Source of the DNA: Ignavibacteria bacterium
GTDB lineage: Bacteria > Elusimicrobiota > Endomicrobiia > PHAN01
Direction of reading: 5' to 3'
Length of the DNA: 64,000 nucleotides
NCBI GenBank assembly: GCA_041694835.1
Contig: JBGFRZ010000082.1
Coordinates: forward strand, 52,266-116,265
Shown here: piece by piece, positions 43,800 to 55,467 of the stretch
Layout of the letters: the number at the start of each line of letters is the position of its first letter
Position numbering within the stretch: position 1 is the stretch's first letter
Translations under genes and position numbers: made by a program
Notes under the pieces: generated by a model
The model's database searches: none
The model's input: the letters and a program-made list of their open reading frames with translations, nothing else
What the model was told of the DNA's origin: nothing

Positions 43800-43940
43800 T
43801 ATGGTAAAAAGGACATTCCAGCCGAAGGTTAGGAGGAGGAACAAAAGAATCGGTTTTCGTTCAAGGATGAAAACAAGCGGCGGGCGAAAAACCATATCCC
43901 GACGAAGAAAAACCGGAAGAAAGAGACTTTCCGTCGCCTG
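43800..43940 (+). CDS. rpmH: 50S ribosomal protein L34
   Basis: Hand translation gives [46 protein letters not shown] (46 aa). This is below the track cutoff. An RBS aaaggag lies upstream. Confidence 0.85.
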
Positions 43941-44294
43941 ATGCCCCATAAATTCTACTACTCCGAAAGACTTCACGGCAAGAAGGAGTTTGGCGTTGTA
44001 CTCAACGGCGGGTCTTACATAAACTCTGATTTTCTAACTATCATCTTTTACAAAAATCCTTTGCATAAAATCGTCCGTCTCGGATTGATCACAAAAAAGT
44101 CTGTGGGTCAAGCCGTTGAAAGAAACAGGGCCAAAAGAAGGCTGAGAGAAATCTTCAGGCTAAACAAAGACCGCCTTCTTAAGGGGCTTGACATCGTATT
44201 TATGCTCAAGCCGCCAATAATAAAGATGAGTTACGGTGAAATAGAAACAAAAGCGATGGAGATGCTCGCCAAAAAAAACCTCATATTAAAGTGA
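43941..44294 (+). CDS. rnpA: ribonuclease P protein component
   Basis: SERL....EF......G....N..F...F...........R.G..V.KK.G.AV.RNR.KRR.RE is the RnpA pattern. The start overlaps the rpmH stop (ATGA-type coupling). My hand count puts it 1 nt lower than the track. Confidence 0.85.
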   Translation: MPHKFYYSERLHGKKEFGVVLNGGSYINSDFLTIIFYKNPLHKIVRLGLITKKSVGQAVERNRAKRRLREIFRLNKDRLLKGLDIVFMLKPPIIKMSYGEIETKAMEMLAKKNLILK

Positions 44295-44434
44295 GCCCCG
44301 TCAGAAATTACCGGGATTCTATGAAAAATAAAAAAGTTCGGCTCTTCTCCAAATGTTTTTATACGCACAACAAAAAATGGCGAAGACCCGAAAGTTTTAA
44401 CAAACCTTACAAATATCGGAAAGTTTCTTGTAGT

Positions 44435-44641
44435 ATGAAAAAGATAGTTTTTTTTATCATCGATTTCGTAAAAATGTTTCGCTTAATACCGGGTGCGGCT
44501 TGCCGTTTTCATCCATCCTGCTCCGTTTACACCAAGGAGGCCGTGGAGAAATACGGAATAACGCGAGGAATTTTGATGGGAGCGATGAGGGTTCTTAGAT
44601 GCCACCCTTTTTCAAAAGGTGGCTATGCTCCTTTAAAGTGA
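44435..44641 (+). CDS. yidD: membrane protein insertion efficiency factor YidD
   Basis: CRFHPSCSVYTKEAVEKYGITRGILMGAMRVLRCHPFSKGGYAPL. The start was chosen at MKKIVFF, because the track's GTG-initiated 48-codon extension looks non-genuine. Confidence 0.7.
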   Translation: MKKIVFFIIDFVKMFRLIPGAACRFHPSCSVYTKEAVEKYGITRGILMGAMRVLRCHPFSKGGYAPLK

Positions 44642-44842
44642 ATTCGCGAACCCGCTTTGCGATTTTCATATAACTCTATCACTTTACTACCCTGTTATTT
44701 TTTACCGCTCTGCGACAGAAACCGATAAACCCTGCAAACGGGGTAAATCGGCGACTACATATATCAATTATCCGTGGCGCAGAACATCACTCGTTGTCTC
44801 TGCGGGCTTTGTAGTCGGAGTTTATTACATAGGAGGAAAAAA

Positions 44843-46351
44843 ATGAAAAAAAACACAATAATTGCTGTGATTTTATCGATTGCTTTTCTGATACTTTGGA
44901 CGCGTTTTTATCAAGTCCCGAAGCAAAAAGAGAAAGTCGCTTTTCAGGAGACGACGCCGCCTCAAAATCAGAGGCAGGAAATCGTTGAACCACCCAAAGA
45001 AGCCGCCAAAATGCGGGCGCCCGAAGAAAAAACGAGCACGATGGATAGGGTTAAATCAAAAATCACTTTCACAAGCAATGGCGGCGCCGTAAAAAAATAC
45101 GAGGTGAAAGAAAAAGACAAGATTACGGATATAGTTTTTAAGGGAAGTGAATTTTTCTCGACTTATCCCGATACGTCGGCAAAAATAACGACAACGAAAA
45201 ACGCTGTCATATCAAGGCAGGAAATAGACGGACTCGTAATTCAAAAGACATACCTCTTGAACGACGACAGCATAGAGAAGTTGAAGATAGAGCTCGCAAA
45301 CCAGCGAAGGGTGAAGGTTTCCTCGGAGTTTAAGATGAAAGTCTCCGGCGGGCTCGCTTCAGATTCTCCCGATGAAAAAGAAAACATAGACTTGAATAAA
45401 GTGCACATCTACTCTCAAAAAAAACCGCAGGTTGTCAAATCCGGAAAAAGAAGCCTTGAAAACGTGAAGTGGTTTACAAACGACAACAGATACTTCCTGC
45501 TTGCACTGATGCCCGTAAAATACCAAAAAGAAGAAATAGAGGTAGTGCCGAAGACAAAAACCTCGCCACCTGTGGTCTATTTGACCACAAACATTTCTCT
45601 GGAGGCGGGAGAAAAAAAATCGCTTGAATACGGTGTATACATAGGCGGCAAATCATATTTTGAACTGACTAAAACAAACACGGGCCTTGAAAAAACCATT
45701 GCTCTCGGTCTCCTCGACGGGATGGCTAAATTCTTCCTTAAAGCGCTCTCTGCCATAAACAAAATTTTGGGAAACTACGGTTGGGCGATAATAATCCTCT
45801 CCCTTGGAATACAACTTATAACATCTCCACTTTCCATAAAATCCATAAAAGCGGCAGCCGATATGAAGCGGCTTCAGCCTCATCTTAAAGAAATACAGCA
45901 GAAGTTCAAGAACGACCCAAAAAGACTCAACGTCGAGGTAATGAATCTTTACAAAACTCACCGCGTGAACCCTTTGAGCGGTTGCTTGCCGATGCTTCTT
46001 CAAATGCCAATATTTTGGGCACTTTTTTCGACACTGCAAAACGCTTACGAACTAAGACATGCCCCGTGGATTTTATGGATAAAAGACCTCTCCTCTCACG
46101 ACCCTTATTATGTTCTTCCCCTTCTAATGGGTGCGGGAATGTTCGCTCAGCAGATAATGTCCGGAACAACGCACGATCCACAGAATAAGATGATGAGTTA
46201 TATCTTCCCGGCGGTTTTTACGTTTATGTTTTTGAAATTCCCGTCGGGGGTAGTTCTCTACTGGCTGATGAACTCGGTCCTCACGATAATTTTGCAGTTG
46301 CTCTTTTTGGAGAAAGAAGTGATAAAAGAACACCATATTGTTAAACGTTAA
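44843..46351 (+). CDS. yidC: membrane protein insertase YidC
   Basis: The C-terminal core LPLLMGAGMFAQQIMSGT...FPSGVVLYWLMNSVLTIILQLLF is present. The start was chosen at MKKNTIIAVIL, which has an aggagg RBS. Confidence 0.85.
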   Translation: MKKNTIIAVILSIAFLILWTRFYQVPKQKEKVAFQETTPPQNQRQEIVEPPKEAAKMRAPEEKTSTMDRVKSKITFTSNGGAVKKYEVKEKDKITDIVFKGSEFFSTYPDTSAKITTTKNAVISRQEIDGLVIQKTYLLNDDSIEKLKIELANQRRVKVSSEFKMKVSGGLASDSPDEKENIDLNKVHIYSQKKPQVVKSGKRSLENVKWFTNDNRYFLLALMPVKYQKEEIEVVPKTKTSPPVVYLTTNISLEAGEKKSLEYGVYIGGKSYFELTKTNTGLEKTIALGLLDGMAKFFLKALSAINKILGNYGWAIIILSLGIQLITSPLSIKSIKAAADMKRLQPHLKEIQQKFKNDPKRLNVEVMNLYKTHRVNPLSGCLPMLLQMPIFWALFSTLQNAYELRHAPWILWIKDLSSHDPYYVLPLLMGAGMFAQQIMSGTTHDPQNKMMSYIFPAVFTFMFLKFPSGVVLYWLMNSVLTIILQLLFLEKEVIKEHHIVKR

Positions 46352-46412
46352 TAGTTCAAGAGTTTATTGGTGGTTCGTGATTCGTTTCCTCCAGCCACCA
46401 GCCACTTTTTTT

Positions 46413-47051
46413 ATGAACTACGAATTCAGGGGAAAAAGCGTCAAAGAGGCCCTTCAGAAATCCCTCAAAAAACTTTCGCTTGCCGAAGACGAGGTGGAAG
46501 TAACAATCCTTGACGAGGGAAAAAGGGGCCTTTTTTCGCTTGAAGGAAAGCAACAGGCGGTTATTCTCGTAAAACCCAGAAAAACGCAACTAACCGCAGC
46601 AGACTTTATAGAAATCCAAAAAAAAATCAAAAAGCATCTTTCCGAAATCCTGAGGTGCGCGGGGATTCCGTTTAAAAAGATAAATACGACTATGATGACT
46701 GGAAGGATATTCATCAATATCATCTGCGGCAAAAACCCGATGGACGAAGATTTCTTGTTCGCCCTTGAATCAATCATTTACGAAATCATAAATAAAGACA
46801 AAACTTCCTCCCTGAAAATACACCTCGATTCAAACTTCATAATTAAAAAAATGGAAGAAAATCTCAGAGAGAAAACCATAAAGATAGCTCATATCGTTAA
46901 AAAAACCGGAAAACCGCATAAATTTAGCGAGCCTTTGAGATTTTTTTTCAGAAAAATAGTCCATGACGCCGTAAGGGAAGTGCCGGGAACAACATCCGTC
47001 TCACACGGAAGCGGGGAAGAGAAAACGGTCGAGATATACCCGAAGCCGTAG
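46413..47051 (+). CDS. jag: Jag/KhpB-like RNA-binding protein (Jag_N + KH/R3H-like)
   Basis: Position between yidC and mnmE. The Jag-N-like start MNYEFRGKSVKEALQKSLKKLSL is present. Confidence 0.55.
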   Translation: MNYEFRGKSVKEALQKSLKKLSLAEDEVEVTILDEGKRGLFSLEGKQQAVILVKPRKTQLTAADFIEIQKKIKKHLSEILRCAGIPFKKINTTMMTGRIFINIICGKNPMDEDFLFALESIIYEIINKDKTSSLKIHLDSNFIIKKMEENLREKTIKIAHIVKKTGKPHKFSEPLRFFFRKIVHDAVREVPGTTSVSHGSGEEKTVEIYPKP

Positions 47052-48433
47052 TGAATAAAATGTATAGCGCAACCGAAACCATAACTGCAATCTCCACGCC
47101 CCCTCAGCTTTCTGCCATAGCGATAATACGTATAAGCGGGAAAAAATCTCATGAGATACTCTCACGGATATTCAGACCAGCCGCCGGCAAAATCATTCCA
47201 AGAATGGCGTTGACGGGAAGCATCTTTGACGGTCAAAAACAGATAGACGAGGTCATAGCGATTCAATTCAACGGCCCCAACTCATACACAGGCGAGGACA
47301 TGGCCGAAATCCACTGTCACGGAAGCCCCTTCGTCGTCCAGAAGATACTGAAACTCATATATAGTTTCGAAGGAACAAGACTCGCCGAAAGGGGGGAGTT
47401 TACATACAGGGCTTTCCTCAACGGTAAAATGGACCTTACTCAGGCAGAAGCGGTGGTTAAGATCATAGAGTCAAAATCGGAGCTTTCGCTAAAAAGTGGG
47501 TTGGGGCAGCTCAAAGGCAGACTCTCCGGGAAAGCAAAAGAATGGAAATCAGAGCTTGTGGGCATTTTGTCCACAATAGAGGCGTCTATAGAAGATTATG
47601 AGGACACGGAGACCCCAAATACCGGAAATATCACAGAAAAAATAAATAATTTGGTTGACGACATGGAAAAAGTTCTCGAAAAAACCGGCGAGTTCCTTTC
47701 AACGGACATACCGGTTGTTATAGTGGGTAAGCCCAACGCAGGAAAATCTTCGGTTTTTAACGCCCTGGCCGGCGAAGAAAGGGTGATAGTTACCCCCATA
47801 GCCGGGACCACGACCGACATCGTCTCGGAGACGCTCCAGTGGGACGGGCTTTCATGGAAGCTCCACGACACAGCCGGAATAGGAAGCAATCCTACCGACA
47901 TAATCGAAGAGATTGGTCAGAGCAAAACCCACCGCAAACTAAAAGAATCCGAGGTTATACTCTTTGTCCTGGATTCGTCGGTCCCCATGGACGCGATAGA
48001 CACTGAGATTATGAAAAAGATAGAACTGGTCGAAAACAAACTGCTCGTTTTTGTGCTTAACAAATCGGACAAATCCAGCGTGGTAAAAAAAGCCGACATT
48101 GAAGCTTTTTTCAAAAAAGAGGGAATAATCGCCGTCGAGCTGTCGGCAAAAACAGGCTTCGGAATAAGAACGTTAAAGGAAACTATGACAAAACTTTGTG
48201 GCGGCGACGTTGAAAACTCCGAGGAGATAGTGGTGGGTTCGATGAGACAGAAAAATGCCATAAAAAACTCTGCCAACATCCTTAAAAAAGCAGTTTCGGA
48301 ACCAGGAGACGACGAAGAGGTTTTGGCTCACCACATAAAACTCGCAATCGACCAGATAAGGGAGCTTTTGGGCGAGATAACCGCTGACGATGTCCTTGAT
48401 GAAATATTTTCAAGATTCTGTGTCGGGAAATAA
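47051..48433 (+). CDS. mnmE: tRNA modification GTPase MnmE
   Basis: AISTPPQLSAIAIIRISG is the N-terminal motif. The G domain is VVIVGKPNAGKSSVFNAL ... DTAG. The C-terminus is CVGK. The start overlaps the jag stop. Confidence 0.9.
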   Translation: MNKMYSATETITAISTPPQLSAIAIIRISGKKSHEILSRIFRPAAGKIIPRMALTGSIFDGQKQIDEVIAIQFNGPNSYTGEDMAEIHCHGSPFVVQKILKLIYSFEGTRLAERGEFTYRAFLNGKMDLTQAEAVVKIIESKSELSLKSGLGQLKGRLSGKAKEWKSELVGILSTIEASIEDYEDTETPNTGNITEKINNLVDDMEKVLEKTGEFLSTDIPVVIVGKPNAGKSSVFNALAGEERVIVTPIAGTTTDIVSETLQWDGLSWKLHDTAGIGSNPTDIIEEIGQSKTHRKLKESEVILFVLDSSVPMDAIDTEIMKKIELVENKLLVFVLNKSDKSSVVKKADIEAFFKKEGIIAVELSAKTGFGIRTLKETMTKLCGGDVENSEEIVVGSMRQKNAIKNSANILKKAVSEPGDDEEVLAHHIKLAIDQIRELLGEITADDVLDEIFSRFCVGK

Positions 48434-48674
48434 TGTAGGGGCTTTCTAATGCTCTGTGCCATAAATAATTGACATTTTATCACAGAGACGCGGAGAAAAG
48501 TGAAAGTATCACAAAGAAATTACCAACGGAGATTTGAACTCTGTGTTTTTTCTCTGTGTTCTTTGTGCCTCTGTGGTAAGGCTTTTCAGTTCTGTGTTAT
48601 TAAAACCCTTAACCACGAAGACACGAAAACGCGAAAAATATCGTTCTCTTTTTGTAAATCCCCCTGCTTCGCTT

Positions 48675-48710
48675 CCCCCTTTACAAAAGGGGGTTAGAGG
48701 GGGATTTTCC
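48675..48710 (+). terminator. candidate intrinsic terminator hairpin ccccctttacaaaaggggg followed by ttagagggggatttt
   Basis: A perfect 8-bp G/C-rich stem with a U-tract nearby. It lies 240 bp downstream of mnmE, in a repeat-rich spacer. Confidence 0.3.
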
Positions 48711-48893
48711 ATGATTTCTAACTTTCGCGCTTTCGTGGTAAAGTTTTTTCTCTGTGTTCTCCTTGCCCCGTTAGATGCTTGCTATCTAACGGAGTGAATG
48801 TCTCTGTGGTGAATTTTAGCGAAGCGCCAGTGAACCCTAAATATCATCTGTGGGCGGCGCCTTATATGACTTTCGGCAGGAGCTATTGACTTT

Positions 48894-49691
48894 ATGTCTA
48901 CAAAATACGGACAAAACTTTCTCATCGACAAAAACATAGCGCTCAAAATAGCCGAAGCCGCGGAAATTTCCGCTTCCGACACAGTCATAGAAATAGGCCC
49001 TGGCAAAGGGATAATAACCGAACATCTACATGAGAGGGCGAAAAAAGTCATTGCAGTTGAAATAGATAAAAATCTCGCCGGACTTCTGAGCGAAAAATTT
49101 AAACACGGAAGAATTGATGTAATAAACGAAGATGTACTGAAAGTTGACCTTGCAAAACTCGCCGGAGCTGACAAAATAACGTTCGTAGGCAACCTCCCTT
49201 ACTACATATCAACTCCGATATTGCATAAGATAATGACGGGAGAATACTGGAAGACCGCCATATTCACCTTCCAGAAAGAGGTCGCCGAAAGAATTGTGGC
49301 TAAACCATCTAAAAAGAATCCTAAAAATTATGGCTATCTTTCAGTAATCTGCACTCTCTACTCCGAGTCAAACATAATAATGAAAATACCACCCGAGGCT
49401 TTTTTTCCGAGACCAAAAGTAATGTCGGCTGTCGTTAAGTTCAAGCCCATTTTTCCGAAAATAATAAAAGACGCCGATACGGAAAGACTCTTTTTTAAGA
49501 CAGTCGGGACGGCTTTCGCTCAAAGAAGAAAAAAAATTTCGAACTCCATAGCGGCTGCGAGCGAAATTGAAAAAGAAAAAATAATAGAGATTCTGAAGCA
49601 ATCCGGAATACCTTCCGACTCCAGGGCCGAAGAGCTCGGTTTGAGCGACTTCCTAAATTTGACTTACCACTTTAAAAATAGTATAATCTGA
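48894..49691 (+). CDS. rsmA: 16S rRNA (adenine1518/1519-N6)-dimethyltransferase
   Basis: GQNFLIDKNIALKIAE...VIEIGPGKGIITEHL is the KsgA signature. Confidence 0.85.
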   Translation: MSTKYGQNFLIDKNIALKIAEAAEISASDTVIEIGPGKGIITEHLHERAKKVIAVEIDKNLAGLLSEKFKHGRIDVINEDVLKVDLAKLAGADKITFVGNLPYYISTPILHKIMTGEYWKTAIFTFQKEVAERIVAKPSKKNPKNYGYLSVICTLYSESNIIMKIPPEAFFPRPKVMSAVVKFKPIFPKIIKDADTERLFFKTVGTAFAQRRKKISNSIAAASEIEKEKIIEILKQSGIPSDSRAEELGLSDFLNLTYHFKNSII

Positions 49692-49776
49692 TATCTAAAA
49701 ATCCGCTTCTATTTAAGGTTATATCAACTATTACATCTGTCTAAATAACAAAATATGACATTAAAAGGCAAAAAAA

Positions 49777-49826
49777 GATATCAACAAAAAGATATCAACA
49801 AGTGTTGATAATTTTGTGGATAACAT
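49777..49826 (+). promoter_or_regulatory. DnaA-box cluster upstream of dnaA: perfect box tgtggataa (49815-49823), 1-mismatch box tgttgataa (49803-49811), two copies of agatatcaaca
   Basis: The consensus TTATCCACA is read on the complementary strand. The perfect box is 13-21 bp before the dnaA ATG. Confidence 0.6.
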
Positions 49827-49835
49827 AAGTTTGAA

Positions 49836-51236
49836 ATGGAAAACATTCAAGACATCTGGAAAAAGATAATAGAGGGGCTTAAAGGAAGGTTAACATCAGA
49901 AGTTGTGGAGCTCTGGCTGGGCCCGGTTAAACTCCTAAAAAAAGAGGGTGCCGGCGAGTTATCTTTTGTTATAAAGGTGCCGAACAAATTCTTCAAAAAT
50001 TGGATTGAAGAAAATCGCATAGTTGATGAGATAAAAAGGGCAATATCCGAAAAATACTCGCTCCACGACGATTCGTCCATATCCATAGAATACCTGGAAC
50101 TTCAGGATTTGTCGGCCTCAAAATCGGAAGGATTTTCCGCCGGCTTCAAACTTCAGAAAAGCGAGACGCAAGTAACAACCCGCCAGGAACAGGCCGTGGT
50201 TTCTTCGACGATTTTTAATCCCAAACTCACATTTTCAAGGTTCATAGTGGGAAAACAAAATCAATTCGCATATTCCGGGGCATGGGCGGTGGCTAATGAT
50301 CCCGGAAAACAGTACAATCCTCTTTTCATATGGGGAGGAGTAGGGCTTGGTAAAACCCATCTTTTGCATGCCATAGGCAATCGGATAAAAGAAAAATCCC
50401 CGTCTTTAAAAACGCTCTATATCCAAACCGAAACCTTCATAAATGACTTTATAGATTCTCTCAGGTTCGATAAACCCGCTTCCTTCAGAAACAAATATCG
50501 CTCGGTTGAATGCCTGCTTATCGACGACATACAATTTCTTGCTGGAAAAACAAGCTGTCAGGAAGAGTTCTTCTACACATTCAACGCCATATACGACTTC
50601 AAAAAACAGATAGTCCTCACTTCAGACAAACCCCCCAAAGACATTGAAGGTCTTGAGGAAAGACTAATATCCCGTTTTGTTTGGGGGCTCGTTGTTCCCA
50701 TGGACCCGCCGGATCTTGAAACAAGGATAGCTATCTTGCGCTCAAAAGCCGAAGAAGAAAGGGTGTATGTTTCTGAGGACATAATACTCTATCTCGCCAA
50801 CGAGATAAAAACGAACATAAGGGTCCTCGAGGGGGCTCTAACAAAAGTTGTCGCCACCGCCGCCCTGCTTGATACCCCGTTAACTCTTGATGTCGCCAAA
50901 AAGATGCTCAGCGACATAATAACAAAAGAAAATGTTGGCGTTCCAATAAACATAGAAAGAATACAGAAAATCGTGGCGGAACATTACAACATAAAGGTTT
51001 CGGATTTAAAGTCGAAGAAAAGAACGGAGATGCTCGCCATGCCCCGACAGATAGCGATGTATCTGTCGAGAGAGATGACGAGCGAATCTCACACCTCTAT
51101 AGGTGACGCCTTCGGAGGGAAAGATCACAGTACGGTCATCCACGCAATAAACAAAATAAAATCGAAGGTTGTGGCAGATCCTTTTTTCAGCGCTGAAATA
51201 AACAAAATAGCTAAAAAAATAACTTTCAGCGAGTGA
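49836..51236 (+). CDS. dnaA: chromosomal replication initiator DnaA
   Basis: NPLFIWGGVGLGKTHLLHAIGN is the Walker A. LLIDDIQFL, the sensor motifs and a C-terminal DNA-binding domain are present. Confidence 0.95.
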   Translation: MENIQDIWKKIIEGLKGRLTSEVVELWLGPVKLLKKEGAGELSFVIKVPNKFFKNWIEENRIVDEIKRAISEKYSLHDDSSISIEYLELQDLSASKSEGFSAGFKLQKSETQVTTRQEQAVVSSTIFNPKLTFSRFIVGKQNQFAYSGAWAVANDPGKQYNPLFIWGGVGLGKTHLLHAIGNRIKEKSPSLKTLYIQTETFINDFIDSLRFDKPASFRNKYRSVECLLIDDIQFLAGKTSCQEEFFYTFNAIYDFKKQIVLTSDKPPKDIEGLEERLISRFVWGLVVPMDPPDLETRIAILRSKAEEERVYVSEDIILYLANEIKTNIRVLEGALTKVVATAALLDTPLTLDVAKKMLSDIITKENVGVPINIERIQKIVAEHYNIKVSDLKSKKRTEMLAMPRQIAMYLSREMTSESHTSIGDAFGGKDHSTVIHAINKIKSKVVADPFFSAEINKIAKKITFSE

Positions 51237-51484
51237 ATCTGTGTTGAATGAGTGTTGGGATTTTGTTAATAACTCTTTAAAACCGTAGATAATTTCAAAA
51301 ACCGTTGAAAAAAAGAAGTTATCAGAAAAATTTCAACTTAAAGATAAACTTTAAACATCCGCTAAAAGGTGATATTTTTACTGATAAAAAAACGGCTTTC
51401 GAAAATTTTCAACAGAATTAACATCGCTAATACTACTAACACTAAATTAAAGATATAGTATTAAATCAACATTAAGGAGGATTT
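51237..51484. promoter_or_regulatory. AT-rich dnaA-dnaN spacer (candidate oriC/DUE region)
   Basis: About 248 bp that are strongly AT-rich with A-tracts. Only weak DnaA-box-like words (ttatcagaa) are present. Confidence 0.3.
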
Positions 51485-52636
51485 ATGTTTATCAAAGCGC
51501 CGAAGGAAAAATTTGTATCTATGCTAAATGTAATACAAAATGCCGTATCCCAAAAGACGACGATGCAGATACTGAACAACTTCTACATAGGCATAAAAGG
51601 AAAGAAGGTCCATCTTTCCGCCACGGACCTCGAGATATATGTTGAAGGAGAATTCGACATTGACGATGGGACGAAATCCGAAAAAGAGAAAATAGAGCTT
51701 AAGGATGGCGAGTGCGCTATTCCAGCCAAGAGGTTCATAGATATGCTCAAAGAACAAGAGTCCGGAAAGATGCTTTCGGTTGAGATTGGAGAGTCAAACA
51801 GGGTGGATGTGAAATGCGGAAGGTCGCACTTTAATCTGCCCGGGTTTTCGGCGAAAGACTATCCCGAACCCCTTGAGTTTCCGAAACAGAAAGTCATCGC
51901 GGTTTCGTCAGTTCTTATGAAAGACATAATAGAAAAAACACTCTTCGCTGTATCGGCCGAGGACATAAGATATGCCCTCAACGGCGTTTATTTTATAGTT
52001 GAAAAAGATACTCTGAAGCTGGTTTCAACCGACTCTCGCCGCCTTGCTTTTGTAAGCGGGGATATAGACGGCTCCAAATTCACCCACAGCGCTATAGTTC
52101 CGCAGAAAGCCCTAAACGAACTTCTTCGTCTTATAGACTTACTGCAGCCGACGTCGATTAAAATAGGATTTTCGGACAATCAGGTTTCTTTCGAGTTGAA
52201 CGAGGTTACTTTGAGCTCCAGAATTATCGACGGCGAGTTTCCGAACTACGAAAGGGTGATTCCAAAAACATCCGCCATATCTGCCAAGATAAAGGCTAAA
52301 GATCTTCTTTCAGGTCTCAGGCAGTTGCAGTTTCTGTCACAGGACAAATCCAGTGCGGTGAAGTTTTCGTTCAAAAAAGGAGTCCTCACGCTTGTGGCGT
52401 CTGCACAGGGCATAGGGCAGGGGGAGGTGGAGCTCGACATAGATTACAGCGACAAGCCGCTCGATATAATCTTCAATATGAATTATCTTTTCGATTTTTT
52501 AAAAGTTGTAAAAGAAAGCGAACTCAAGATTGAGCTGAATTCCGGGGTAAACCCGGCCATATTTTCACTGGCTTCGGAAATGATGCCGAACGTGAAGAAA
52601 TATCTTTACATCGTCATGCCGATAAGAACGGAATAA
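51485..52636 (+). CDS. dnaN: DNA polymerase III beta sliding clamp
   Basis: LKLVSTDSRRLAF and the three-domain length (383 aa). An RBS aaggagg lies upstream. Confidence 0.9.
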   Translation: MFIKAPKEKFVSMLNVIQNAVSQKTTMQILNNFYIGIKGKKVHLSATDLEIYVEGEFDIDDGTKSEKEKIELKDGECAIPAKRFIDMLKEQESGKMLSVEIGESNRVDVKCGRSHFNLPGFSAKDYPEPLEFPKQKVIAVSSVLMKDIIEKTLFAVSAEDIRYALNGVYFIVEKDTLKLVSTDSRRLAFVSGDIDGSKFTHSAIVPQKALNELLRLIDLLQPTSIKIGFSDNQVSFELNEVTLSSRIIDGEFPNYERVIPKTSAISAKIKAKDLLSGLRQLQFLSQDKSSAVKFSFKKGVLTLVASAQGIGQGEVELDIDYSDKPLDIIFNMNYLFDFLKVVKESELKIELNSGVNPAIFSLASEMMPNVKKYLYIVMPIRTE

Positions 52637-52641
52637 TAAGC

Positions 52642-52920
52642 GTGGTAACGAAGGCGAAGGATATAGTCGAGCTTGTATTCAAGAAATTTGGTTTTTCTTC
52701 GAGAACTCAGGATATTTTTGAAGCGTGGGCTAGCCTCGATAGAGCCATAACGCTTGATTCGGAGCTTTGTGAGGTTTGCCGCGGAGTTCTTTATGTTAAA
52801 GTGAGGTCTCCGATGGCATTTAATAGCTTGTACTACAACAAACGTAAGATAATACACTCGCTTAATGCGAGGCTCAAAGAAAAGGTTGTAAAAGATATAA
52901 AATTTGAAATGGCTCTTTAG
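52642..52920 (+). CDS. DUF721-family (DciA-like) small protein between dnaN and gyrB
   Basis: IFEAWASL....L..VCRGVLYVKVRSPMAFNSLYYNKRKIIHSLN fits the DUF721 pattern (W...G.L.V.V.S..W..EL......I...LN). No recF is present. Confidence 0.5.
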   Translation: MVTKAKDIVELVFKKFGFSSRTQDIFEAWASLDRAITLDSELCEVCRGVLYVKVRSPMAFNSLYYNKRKIIHSLNARLKEKVVKDIKFEMAL

Positions 52921-52969
52921 AGCATTCGTATAGAATATACAACGGCGAAAAGAGAGTTTCTTCCGTTAG

Positions 52970-55450
<2,481 letters not shown>

Positions 55451-55467
55451 AATCGTAAAAAAGTAGA

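Noticed and set aside
51237-51484. Definite oriC with a DnaA-box array between dnaA and dnaN
   Set aside because: The spacer is AT-rich, but it contains only weak box-like words (ttatcagaa with 2 mismatches). The clear boxes are upstream of dnaA, so the spacer is kept as a low-confidence DUE candidate.
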